Of a stretch of 64,000 nucleotides of DNA, positions 9,451 through 18,262 are shown one piece after another. The stretch lies in contig NZ_LAIR01000002.1 in NCBI RefSeq assembly GCF_001247745.1, positions 1,093,784-1,157,783 of the forward strand, written 5' to 3'. The DNA is from Luteipulveratus halotolerans. Its GTDB lineage: Bacteria; Actinomycetota; Actinomycetes; Actinomycetales; Dermatophilaceae. Below the pieces are notes generated by a model. It did no database searches. It was not told the DNA's origin and worked only from the letters and a program-made list of their open reading frames with translations. Within the stretch, counting starts at the first letter, position 1. Every line of letters begins with the position of its first letter. The translations under genes and the position numbers were made by a program.

Positions 9451-10091
9451 CGGACCTGCCGCAGCCAGTCGCTCGCGAGCACGATGGTGTCGAGCCCGTC
9501 GCGGACGGCGCGCTGCGACACCGCCGATGCGCTGATGCCCTCGGCGTCGGCGAGGGCGGTCTTGGTCTGACCGGTCATGAGGCCTCTCAGGATGCGCAGG
9601 GAGCGTTCGTCCAGTGATCCCATCAGATGGTCCCGACAGGCGAGCGCGGCGTTGACGGCCGGGGCGGCGGGGTCGTCGTCGTACGGGCTGTAGGTCGTGC
9701 GCACCAGGCGGAGCCCGGCACGTCGCTCGCCTGCTTCGGTGGCCTCGATCGCGGCGCGCGCGCTCCACCAGCCGGGGCCGTCCTGGGTGCGCCGGTCGGT
9801 GTCGAGCGTGGTCACCGTGCCGCGACCGATGCCGAAGCGCACATCGGCCTCGGGCAGGAGCGCCAGTCGGATGAGCAGCGCCGCGTGCACGGCGGCGCCG
9901 ACGGTCGTGTAGCGCCCCTGGAGCTCGTCGGCGAAGGTGACGGCTGCCGGCTCGATCGTGCCGTCGATCTCGAGATCTGACAGGGCGGCGACCAGCCGCC
10001 GGTGCAGAGCGGCGCGGTCGGCGGAGGCCCGCGATCGCACGAGGTCCCCGATGAGCGTCGCCTCTTGAGCAGGATGCTTCACTTCGGCCAT
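9447..10091 (-). CDS. SatD-family protein (cyclase-like N-terminus + C-terminal sigma-70 region-4-like HTH), family call tentative
   Basis: 214 aa. The C-terminal LTGQTKTALADAEGISASAVSQRAV segment is HTH-like. It is translationally coupled to the downstream membrane gene. Confidence 0.5.
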   Translation of the reverse strand: MAEVKHPAQEATLIGDLVRSRASADRAALHRRLVAALSDLEIDGTIEPAAVTFADELQGRYTTVGAAVHAALLIRLALLPEADVRFGIGRGTVTTLDTDRRTQDGPGWWSARAAIEATEAGERRAGLRLVRTTYSPYDDDPAAPAVNAALACRDHLMGSLDERSLRILRGLMTGQTKTALADAEGISASAVSQRAVRDGLDTIVLASDWLRQVR

Positions 10092-10126
10092 GTGAAGATC
10101 TTACCTTCATAAGCGAGAAGTGAAGG
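10077..10126. promoter_or_regulatory. Putative operator: two TTCAC-N9/10-GTGAA palindromes (cTTCACttc...gaaGTGAAg) in an AT-richer stretch upstream of the SatD-like gene
   Basis: Read directly: cttcacttcggccatgtgaagatcttaccttcataagcgagaagtgaagg. The 9-bp outer arms cttcacttc/gaagtgaag are perfect reverse complements. Confidence 0.4.
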
Positions 10127-10214
10127 TCATCTCTTGAGTCTCGGACCGGTGGTGGAGCACTCAGCCTCATGCCCGACGATGGTGCCCGGTTCGGGGTCGA
10201 GCACGGGGGAGACG

Positions 10215-11150
10215 ATGAGATCAGGTCTGCGATGGGTCGTGGCCGGGCTGCTCGGGCTCACGGCGCTCGGGCTGGCCACCCGCTGGGTCGACACCACACA
10301 TCTGCGTGTTCCGGTGCTGCAGTCGGTGTTCCCGGTGCTGGGCGTGCTCGCCGTGCTCCTGCTCATCGGGTGCATCGCCCTGCGCGACGTCCGGTTCGTG
10401 GTGGCCGCGGCGCTCGTGACGATCGCCCCGGTCGTCCTCGGCATCCGGTCGCTGATCCCCGACACCGTCGCCGCCGGCGCGCGTGACGAGGTCGTGATGG
10501 TGTCCAACCTGCAGTACGGCCAGGCCGACCCGCGGGCGATCGTGCGCGAGGTGCGCGACCGGCACGTCACCGCGCTCGTCCTCGTCGAGGTCACGCCCGA
10601 TGCCGCCGCACGGCTTCGGCAGGCCGGCCTGGATGCCGCCCTGCCGCACCAGGTGGGCGCACCGCGCCCCGGTGCGGACGGCACCGTCATCCGCAGTGCG
10701 CATCCGCTGAGCGAGCGGGAGAGCGTGCACGTGCCGCGCAGGTTCGACCAGCCGGTGGCCACGGTCCACGCGCCGGAGGGTGACTACGTCCTGCGTGCCG
10801 CGCACCCCTACCCGCCGATCCCCGACCTCGTACGCTCCTGGCGCCGTCAGCTCGACGAGCTCGCCACCTGGCGGGCAGCTCAGCCGGCCGACGTACCCCT
10901 GGTGATCGCCGGCGACTTCAACGCCTCGTCCTCGCACCCGGGCTTCCGAGCGCTCGCACGCACGATGCACGACGCCCACGGCTCGACCGGCGCCGGGTGG
11001 GTGCGGACCTGGCCGCACGAGGGCCGTACACCGGCGTTCGTGCAGATCGACCACGTGCTCGTACGCGGGATGGGCGTCGTCGACGCCGGCGTCACGACCG
11101 TGCCGCGCACCGATCACGCCGCGGTCTGGGCCCGCCTGCGCGTCGGCTGA
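10215..11150 (+). CDS. Membrane-anchored endonuclease/exonuclease/phosphatase (EEP) family protein
   Basis: N-terminal TM helices followed by an EEP-like catalytic region (VIAGDFNAS...IDHVLVRG). The start is ambiguous between 10134, 10179 and 10215. Confidence 0.7.
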   Translation: MRSGLRWVVAGLLGLTALGLATRWVDTTHLRVPVLQSVFPVLGVLAVLLLIGCIALRDVRFVVAAALVTIAPVVLGIRSLIPDTVAAGARDEVVMVSNLQYGQADPRAIVREVRDRHVTALVLVEVTPDAAARLRQAGLDAALPHQVGAPRPGADGTVIRSAHPLSERESVHVPRRFDQPVATVHAPEGDYVLRAAHPYPPIPDLVRSWRRQLDELATWRAAQPADVPLVIAGDFNASSSHPGFRALARTMHDAHGSTGAGWVRTWPHEGRTPAFVQIDHVLVRGMGVVDAGVTTVPRTDHAAVWARLRVG

Positions 11151-11320
11151 TCCAGCGTCGGTGAGCCCCGTCGGCACCGCGAGGCGCAGTCCCGGCTCCC
11201 GCGTCGTAGACGCCACGCGCGGGGACGGGGATACTTCGGCTGAAGGACGCCGATCGCACCTCACGCACCCGGCATCCCGCGGGTTGCTGGGTGCGTGAGG
11301 GCTCAGGGGAGGTGAAGGCG

Positions 11321-11839
11321 ATGCAGGGGAGCAGCAGGCGCGCCGGCGCAGCGCTCGTGGCCGCACTCGCCCTGGCAGCGTGCTCATCGCACGATCAGGC
11401 CGGTGAGGTGCGGGCGGACTACCCCTCGTACGCGTCCCTGGACGAGCTGGCGTCGGCCTCGACGGTGGTCGCCCGCCTCACGGTGTCGTCGTCGGTCCGG
11501 GAGTCGACGGTGCCGATGGCCGGCCACGACGTGCCGCACAAGCTGCGTGCGGCCACGGTCACCGACGCCCTGGCGGGTGACCTGGCCGCCGGGCAGACCA
11601 TCGACCTGATCCGGCCGGGAACACCCGCTGAGCCGATGCAGGGAATGCGCGACGTCGAGCCGAGCACCGACTACCTCCTGTTCCTCGAGGTCCATCCGGA
11701 CGGCCGAGAAGCCGAGGTCGTCGGCGGCGACGAGGGCATCTTCGAACCCGTCATGGGCAGCACGTCGTTCAGGTCGCCGAAGTTCGGCACGGTCAGCGCT
11801 GCCGCACTGCAGTCAGCCCTCCGCAGGGCTCACCCGTAG
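11321..11839 (+). CDS. Putative lipoprotein
   Basis: Signal peptide with lipobox (ALALAACSS). An RBS ggggagg precedes the ATG, and a 10-bp-stem hairpin (tcacgcaccc...gggtgcgtga) lies immediately upstream. Confidence 0.6.
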   Translation: MQGSSRRAGAALVAALALAACSSHDQAGEVRADYPSYASLDELASASTVVARLTVSSSVRESTVPMAGHDVPHKLRAATVTDALAGDLAAGQTIDLIRPGTPAEPMQGMRDVEPSTDYLLFLEVHPDGREAEVVGGDEGIFEPVMGSTSFRSPKFGTVSAAALQSALRRAHP

Positions 11840-11856
11840 GTCGGTTGGTTGCTCGG

Positions 11857-13299
11857 TCACCAGGGGCGCGGCTCGGACAGGTCGCGCGGGTCGTCCTGAG
11901 CGACCCACCCGGTGTCGGTGTGCTCGTACGTCGACGTCGGGCCGTTCTCGACCAGCCGTCGTACGCCGTGCACGAGCCGCTCGATGTGCTCGCGGGTGGT
12001 GGCCAGGCCGACACTCGCCCGGACCGCCGTGCCGTCGCCGTCGAACAACGTCTCGCACAGCAGGTGGGCGCAGAACCGTCCGTCGCGCACGGCCAGGCCG
12101 TACTCGTCGGCGAGCACCTGCGACACCAGTGACGGGGCGTACCCGTCGACGGTGAACGTCGCGACGCCCACGCCGTCGGCAGCCGGGCCGAGGACGTGGT
12201 GCAGCGTCACGCCGGGGATCTCGGTGAGGCCCGCGCGCAGCGCGTCGAGCAGCTCGGCCTCGTGAGCCTCGATCGCGTCGCGATGGGCCGAGATCGTCGC
12301 GCAGGCGCTGGCCAGGGCGATGGCACCGACGGCGTTGGGCGTACCGCCCTCGTGCCGCGCCGGGCCTTCCTGCCAGCGCGTGTGCTGGTGCGAGACCGTG
12401 TGGGTGGCGCCGCCCGCGGGGAGGTAGGGCTCGGAGGCGTCGAGCCAGTCGGTGCGGCCGACGAGCGCGCCCGCACCGTAGGGCGCGTAGGTCTTGTGGC
12501 CCGAGAAGGCCACCCAGTCGACGTCGAGCTCGCTGATGTCGACCCGGCGATGCGGAGCCAGCTGCGCGGCATCGAGCACCGTCCGCGCGCCGTAGCGGCG
12601 GGCGACCGCGGCCAGGTCGGCGACCGGCCAGATGTCGCCGGTGACGTTGCACGCGCCGGTGATCACCACGAGTGCGGGCTCAGCGGGATCGAGGGCCGCG
12701 AGGGCGTCGTCGAGCAGCGTGACGGACTCCTCGGCGCTGGTCGGCACGGGGATGCGCGTGGTCCGGGCGACGGTCCAGGGGAGCAGTGCCGCATGGTGCG
12801 CGGACTCGAACACCAGCACGTTGGTGCGCGGCGGCAGCGTGTGCGCGAGCAGGCGCAGGGCGTCGGTGGTGTTGCGGGTGAAGACGACCTCGTCGTCGGC
12901 CCGGGCTCCGACGAACTGGCCGACCTCGCCGCGAGCCTGCTCGAACCAGTCGGTCGTGAGGCGGCTGGTGTATCCCGCACCGCGGTGGACCGAGCCGTAG
13001 CGCCGCTGGACCGCCTCGACGGCGTCGGTGACGGCGACCAGAGCCGGCGTCGTGGCCGCGTGGTCGAGGTTGCCGAAGTCGACGACCGTGCGGTGGATGG
13101 TGGGTACGCCGAGCTCGGCGCCGACGGTGAGCGGCAGGTCACCGGTCGTCCGAGGTGCAGGACGCGGGCTCTGGCGAACCAGGCTCAGGCGGGGCGCAGG
13201 GGCAGCGGGGGAGTGGGGTGCCGTCGACACAGGGACGCTCCTTGGACGTTCGCGCTTGCCGAGGGCGGATGCCGTCGGCCGGGTCGTCACCCGGAGCAC
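11857..13299 (-). CDS. Class-V aminotransferase-fold PLP enzyme (cysteine desulfurase / SufS-like)
   Basis: LDHAATTP, a SGHK(T) lysine motif and class-V fold conservation. The N-terminal ~50 aa are Pro/Ala-rich, so the true start may lie downstream of 13299. Confidence 0.7.
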   Translation of the reverse strand: MLRVTTRPTASALGKRERPRSVPVSTAPHSPAAPAPRLSLVRQSPRPAPRTTGDLPLTVGAELGVPTIHRTVVDFGNLDHAATTPALVAVTDAVEAVQRRYGSVHRGAGYTSRLTTDWFEQARGEVGQFVGARADDEVVFTRNTTDALRLLAHTLPPRTNVLVFESAHHAALLPWTVARTTRIPVPTSAEESVTLLDDALAALDPAEPALVVITGACNVTGDIWPVADLAAVARRYGARTVLDAAQLAPHRRVDISELDVDWVAFSGHKTYAPYGAGALVGRTDWLDASEPYLPAGGATHTVSHQHTRWQEGPARHEGGTPNAVGAIALASACATISAHRDAIEAHEAELLDALRAGLTEIPGVTLHHVLGPAADGVGVATFTVDGYAPSLVSQVLADEYGLAVRDGRFCAHLLCETLFDGDGTAVRASVGLATTREHIERLVHGVRRLVENGPTSTYEHTDTGWVAQDDPRDLSEPRPW

Positions 13300-13487
13300 C
13301 CCACCGCGATGGAGGGTTGCCGCTCAGCCAGCCGGGGCTTGTCGCTGAGACTCTTGACCTGTCCCCGACGATAGCCACAGCCGTCGCCGGGGGTCCATCC
13401 CGTGGGCAGCAAGTCTTGACATCTGAGAGCGCACCGAGCCGCACGCCGGCTGCCGCGCCGGCCGAGAAAAGCCGCCGCACCCCGCGT

Positions 13488-16280
13488 GTGACCTATGGGT
13501 CTGATGGGGTTCGCGACTACTCTGCGAGCGTGGCCACACGTCAGTCCACGTCGTCCAAGACCGGCTCCAGCGGGAACCGGTCGACGTCGGCGCGTCCGAA
13601 GTCCTCAGGCCGTCGTACCTCGACCCGCCCACCGGCCAAGAAGGGTGCCGCGACCGCTCGCGGCAGCCGTCCGGCCCAGGGTGGAGGTCTGCCCCTGCCG
13701 CTGCGCGCCGTGCGCGGCACCTGGATGGGAGTCGCACACGTGGCCGGTGGAGCCGCACGACGCGTGGGCACGTCCGCGCGCGACCTCGAGCCCGAGCACC
13801 GCCGCGACGGCATCGGCTTCCTGCTGATCGCGCTGGCGATCGTGGTCGCCGCCCGTGAGTGGTGGGGCCTGTCGGGCCGCTTCGGCGACATCGTCCACTC
13901 GGTCGTGGCCGGCACCTTCGGGGTCGCCGGCTTCGCCCTTCCGCTGGTCCTGCTGCTGCTCGGCGTGCACATGATGCGCTCGCCCAAGGGGCACCAGCCC
14001 ACCAACCGCATCATCATCGGTCTGGTCATGCTGGCGTTCTCGGCGTGCGGCCTGGCGAGCCTCGCCAAGGGCATGCCCGAGCCGTCCGAGGGCACCGAGG
14101 CGGTCAACCGGGCCGGCGGCATGATCGGCTACCTCGCCTCGAGCCCGCTCGTCGCCGGCGTCCGCGTGTGGGGCACCGTGCCGATCCTGCTGCTGCTCGG
14201 GATCTTCGGCCTCCTGGTCGTCACCGCGACGCCGGTCCACCAGATCGGCTACCGCCTGCGTGAGGCCCGCGACCGGCTCCTCTACTACAGCGAGTCCGAC
14301 AGCACCGACGACGAGCTCGACGCCGTCGCAGCCGACCGCCACGGCGCCGACATCGACGGCAAGAAGCGCCGGCGTACGACCCGCAAGGCCAAGACCGAGG
14401 ACGACGACAGCGTCGTCGGCGACGAGGCGTTCGAGCAGGCCGCCCAGGTCGCCCCTCGACGGACCAAGAGCGGGCGCGCGCTGCGCCCGGGCGAGAAGGC
14501 ACCCGCCGACGACGTCGAGGTCTACGACCACGACGAGGTCGAGGGCGCGACGAGCGGCGGTGCAGCGGCCGAGGCCCTCGAACGCGCCAAGCGCGGCAGC
14601 AAGCTGCCCAAGCCCCAGCCCGGGGCGCTCGCCGAGCAGACCAGCCGCGGCCTGGAGGCGCCGCCCACCCAGCAGCTGCCGCAACGGGTCGAGCAGCTCG
14701 CGCTGGCGGGCGACGTCACCTACACGCTGCCCGAGAGCCAGCTGCTCGAGCAGGGCACGCCCCACAAGTCGCGCTCGGCGGCCAACGACAAGGTGGTCGA
14801 GGCGCTCACCGAGACGCTGGAGTCGTTCGGCGTCGACGCCCAGGTCACAGGCTTCACCCGTGGGCCGACCGTCACCCGCTACGAGGTCGAGCTCGGCACC
14901 GGCACCAAGGTCGAGCGGGTCACCGCGCTGTCCAAGAACATCGCGTACGCCGTCGCCTCGGCCGACGTGCGCATCCTCAGCCCGATCCCGGGCAAGAAGG
15001 CCATCGGCATCGAGATCCCCAACACCGACCGCGAGACGGTCAGTCTGGGCGACGTGCTGCGCAGCCAGGCGGCGCGCGGCAACGAGCACCCGATGGTGAT
15101 GGGCGTCGGCAAGGACGTCGAGGGCGGCTACGTCACCGCCAACCTCGCCAAGATGCCGCACATGCTCGTCGCGGGTGCGACCGGCGCCGGTAAGTCCAGC
15201 TTCGTCAACTCGATGATCACCTCGATCCTGATGCGCGCGACGCCCGACGAGGTGCGCATGGTGCTCGTCGACCCCAAGCGGGTCGAGCTCACCGGCTACG
15301 AGGGCATCCCGCACCTGATCACGCCGATCATCACCAACCCCAAGAAGGCCGCCGAGGCGCTCCAGTGGGTCGTGCGCGAGATGGACACGCGGTACGACGA
15401 CCTCGCGGCGTTCGGCTACAAGCACATCGACGACTTCAACAAGGCCGTCCGCGCGGGCAAGGTCCAGCCGCAGCCGGGGTCCGAGCGTGTCATCCAGCCC
15501 TACCCCTACCTGCTGGTCATCGTCGACGAGCTCGCCGACCTGATGATGGTCGCGCCGCGCGACGTCGAGGAGTCGATCGTCCGCATCACCCAGCTGGCAC
15601 GTGCCGCCGGTATCCACCTGGTGCTCGCGACCCAGCGCCCGTCGGTCGACGTCGTCACGGGTCTGATCAAGGCCAACGTGCCGTCACGACTGGCGTTCGC
15701 GACGTCGTCCCTGGCCGACTCCCGCGTCGTGCTCGACCAGCCCGGCGCCGAGAAGCTCATCGGCCAGGGTGATGCGCTGTTCCTGCCCATGGGTGCCTCC
15801 AAGCCCATGCGTGTGCAGGGCGCCTGGGTCAAGGAGTCGGAGATCCAGGGCGTGGTCGCACACGTCAAGGAACAGCTGACGCCGCGCTACCGCGACGACG
15901 TCACGGTGAGCGCGCCCAAGAAGGAGATCGACGAGGACATCGGTGACGACCTCGACGTGCTGCTGCAGGCGGCCGAGCTGATCGTCACCAGCCAGTTCGG
16001 CTCCACCTCGATGCTCCAGCGCAAGCTGCGCGTCGGGTTCGCCAAGGCCGGCCGCCTCATGGACCTCCTCGAGTCGCGCGGTGTGGTCGGCCCGTCCGAG
16101 GGCTCCAAGGCGCGTGACGTGCTCGTCCAGCCCGACGACCTGCCGACCACGCTGGCGCTGCTGCGTGGCGAGGACGTCCCGACGGCCGACGACAGCGTGA
16201 CCTACCACGACGGTCACGACGGTGGCGGCGACGACGGTGAGTCCGAGGACGCCTGGGAGCTGACCGACCGACATGGCTGA
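13488..16280 (+). CDS. ftsK: DNA translocase FtsK
   Basis: N-terminal TM helices, a Pro/acidic linker, and a motor domain with Walker A GATGAGKSS plus a C-terminal gamma domain. The ORF is open from 13155; a GTG at 13488 after a ttgaca-like -35 is the proposed start. Confidence 0.9.
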   Translation: MTYGSDGVRDYSASVATRQSTSSKTGSSGNRSTSARPKSSGRRTSTRPPAKKGAATARGSRPAQGGGLPLPLRAVRGTWMGVAHVAGGAARRVGTSARDLEPEHRRDGIGFLLIALAIVVAAREWWGLSGRFGDIVHSVVAGTFGVAGFALPLVLLLLGVHMMRSPKGHQPTNRIIIGLVMLAFSACGLASLAKGMPEPSEGTEAVNRAGGMIGYLASSPLVAGVRVWGTVPILLLLGIFGLLVVTATPVHQIGYRLREARDRLLYYSESDSTDDELDAVAADRHGADIDGKKRRRTTRKAKTEDDDSVVGDEAFEQAAQVAPRRTKSGRALRPGEKAPADDVEVYDHDEVEGATSGGAAAEALERAKRGSKLPKPQPGALAEQTSRGLEAPPTQQLPQRVEQLALAGDVTYTLPESQLLEQGTPHKSRSAANDKVVEALTETLESFGVDAQVTGFTRGPTVTRYEVELGTGTKVERVTALSKNIAYAVASADVRILSPIPGKKAIGIEIPNTDRETVSLGDVLRSQAARGNEHPMVMGVGKDVEGGYVTANLAKMPHMLVAGATGAGKSSFVNSMITSILMRATPDEVRMVLVDPKRVELTGYEGIPHLITPIITNPKKAAEALQWVVREMDTRYDDLAAFGYKHIDDFNKAVRAGKVQPQPGSERVIQPYPYLLVIVDELADLMMVAPRDVEESIVRITQLARAAGIHLVLATQRPSVDVVTGLIKANVPSRLAFATSSLADSRVVLDQPGAEKLIGQGDALFLPMGASKPMRVQGAWVKESEIQGVVAHVKEQLTPRYRDDVTVSAPKKEIDEDIGDDLDVLLQAAELIVTSQFGSTSMLQRKLRVGFAKAGRLMDLLESRGVVGPSEGSKARDVLVQPDDLPTTLALLRGEDVPTADDSVTYHDGHDGGGDDGESEDAWELTDRHG

Positions 16281-16301
16281 GCCCGCAGCCGGAGCCTGCC
16301 C

Positions 16302-16868
16302 GTGATCAGGGCCAGAGCCGGCCGCGCGGCCACGACCGCAGCCGTGGTCCTGCTCGTCCTGCAGGTCGCGGCCTCGTTCGCCGGTCATCTGATCCGCCGC
16401 GAAGGCGTCCGCACCCGCGAGACCCTCGACCTGCTGGTGGTGCACCGCCTCGACCAGCTCGTGTGGCCGTTCACCGACGGACGCAGCCGCACCCTGCAGC
16501 TGGCGTTCGTCGCCGTCGTCGTGCTCGCGGCGGTGATCACCGGGTTGCTCACCTTCCTCAGCGCCCGCCTGCTCGTCGCCGGTACGCCGGCGCCGGCGGT
16601 CCTGCTGCTCACCTGGATGGCCGTCGTCCTCGCCACCACAACGGCGCAGGTGCCGTGGGCGATCGTCTACGCCGACCAGATCGGCGGCGGGCGCGCGCCG
16701 GCGTACTGGGCCGACGTGCTCGAACGCGCTCCGTGGTGGGGCGTCCTGCTGGGCTGGGTCCCGGCCCTCGCCGCGACCATCGCCTACGCGATGACCAACC
16801 GCGGTCGCCCGGTCACCGCCCCTCACCAGCCGGCCTGGCAGCCGGCCACTCGCGAGGAACGACCGTGA
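16302..16868 (+). CDS. Hypothetical membrane protein (4 predicted TM)
   Basis: 188-aa hydrophobic ORF. Its stop overlaps the next gene's GTG (cGTGAgc). Confidence 0.5.
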   Translation: MIRARAGRAATTAAVVLLVLQVAASFAGHLIRREGVRTRETLDLLVVHRLDQLVWPFTDGRSRTLQLAFVAVVVLAAVITGLLTFLSARLLVAGTPAPAVLLLTWMAVVLATTTAQVPWAIVYADQIGGGRAPAYWADVLERAPWWGVLLGWVPALAATIAYAMTNRGRPVTAPHQPAWQPATREERP

Positions 16869-17566
16869 GCACGGCGGTCACGGGCCGTGAGGGGCCCGCC
16901 GGCTGGTTCAGGCGCATCCGGACCCTGCCCTGCGCGGCGCTGCTGATCGTCCAGCTGCTCGGCATCGTCGTCTACCCGTTCACCGAGAGCGACATCGGTC
17001 GAGCGGCGTTCTCGCTGTTCCAGCTGCTCGTGCTCGTCATCGCAGTGGCAGCCGTGCGCATGACGCCGGCCCTGTCGCGCGTGCTGGTGACGCTCGGCGT
17101 CCCCGCGGCCGTGCTGACGATCGCCGAGGCGTTCGCGCCCGACCACGACGTCGTCCAGCTGCTGAGCGGCATCACGCACGCCGCGTTCTACCTCTACCTC
17201 GCCTACGGGCTGATCCGCTACATGTTCAGCGACGAGCACGTCACCACCGACGAGATGTTCGCGACCGGCGCCTGCTTCACCGTCGTGGCGTGGGCGTTCG
17301 CCTACCTGTACGGCGTGGTGCAGGTCGTCTGGGGCGCCGACCAGTTCGCCACCGCCGAGCACCACGGTGACCTGAGCTGGATGGAGCTGCTGTTCCTGTC
17401 CTTCACCACGATGACCAACACCGGCCTGTCCGACATCTCACCGGTCGGCACCCACGCGCGGTCGGTGGTGATGCTGGAGCAGCTGTCGGGCCTCTACTAC
17501 ATCGCGCTGGTGGTGGCGCGGCTGCTCGGGATGATGCTGGCCAAGTTCAGCAGGACTCCCGGCTGA
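16865..17566 (+). CDS. Ion-channel-like membrane protein (6TM + pore loop, atypical filter TNTGLSD)
   Basis: 233 aa. WMELLFLSFTTMTNTGLSDISP resembles a K+ channel pore helix and selectivity filter but lacks GYGD. Six hydrophobic helices. Confidence 0.55.
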   Translation: MSTAVTGREGPAGWFRRIRTLPCAALLIVQLLGIVVYPFTESDIGRAAFSLFQLLVLVIAVAAVRMTPALSRVLVTLGVPAAVLTIAEAFAPDHDVVQLLSGITHAAFYLYLAYGLIRYMFSDEHVTTDEMFATGACFTVVAWAFAYLYGVVQVVWGADQFATAEHHGDLSWMELLFLSFTTMTNTGLSDISPVGTHARSVVMLEQLSGLYYIALVVARLLGMMLAKFSRTPG

Positions 17567-17581
17567 GGCGCCGCGGCTCGC

Positions 17582-18262
17582 TCACGCCGACATCAGTCTC
17601 AGGCCCTGACCCGGCTCGGTCATCAGATACCGCGGGTGGCTCGGGTCGGGCTCGAGCTTGCGACGCAGCTGGGCGGCGTACACCCGCAGGTAGTGGGTCT
17701 CGCGCTCGTACCCCGGTCCCCACACCCGGCGCAACAGCTCGGCCTGGGAGACCAGGTGGCCGGGCTGCTCGGCCAGCGCCTCGAGCAGGCTCCACTCGGT
17801 GGGCGTCAGCCGCAGTGACTGCTCACCCCGGACAGCCTGGCGTTCGACGAAGTTCAGCGTGAAGTCGCGGGTGCTGACAGTCGCGGCGTGCGGGTCGGAC
17901 GGGGTGTGCCGGCGTACGGCGACGCGCACCCTGGCGAGCAGCTCGTCCATCCCGAACGGCTTGGTGACGTAGTCGTCCGCGCCGAGGTCGAGCGCCTCGA
18001 CCTTGTCATCGGACTCGTGCCGCGCCGACAGGACGATGATGGGCACCTCGCTGCTGCGACGTACCTGCCGGATGACCTCGACGCCGTCGAGGTCGGGCAG
18101 TCCCAGGTCGAGGACGACGACGTCGGGCTCGACCTCGGCGATGCTCTGCAGGGCGCTGCGGGCGTCGTAGGCGTGCTCCACCTCGTAGTCGCGCGCTCTG
18201 AGGTTGATGCTCAGAGTGCGTACGAGAGCTGGCTCGTCGTCGACCACCAGAACCCGTGTCAT
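17582..18262 (-). CDS. kdpE: Two-component response regulator KdpE (OmpR family)
   Basis: 226 aa with a receiver domain (DD...D...K) and winged-helix domain. It overlaps the kdpD stop. Confidence 0.9.
   Translation of the reverse strand: MTRVLVVDDEPALVRTLSINLRARDYEVEHAYDARSALQSIAEVEPDVVVLDLGLPDLDGVEVIRQVRRSSEVPIIVLSARHESDDKVEALDLGADDYVTKPFGMDELLARVRVAVRRHTPSDPHAATVSTRDFTLNFVERQAVRGEQSLRLTPTEWSLLEALAEQPGHLVSQAELLRRVWGPGYERETHYLRVYAAQLRRKLEPDPSHPRYLMTEPGQGLRLMSA

Noticed and set aside
8698-10170. 490-aa ORF as a single gene
   Set aside because: The upstream 240 aa are an out-of-frame Arg-rich read through the SatD-like gene. The real membrane gene starts at the ATG at 9450.
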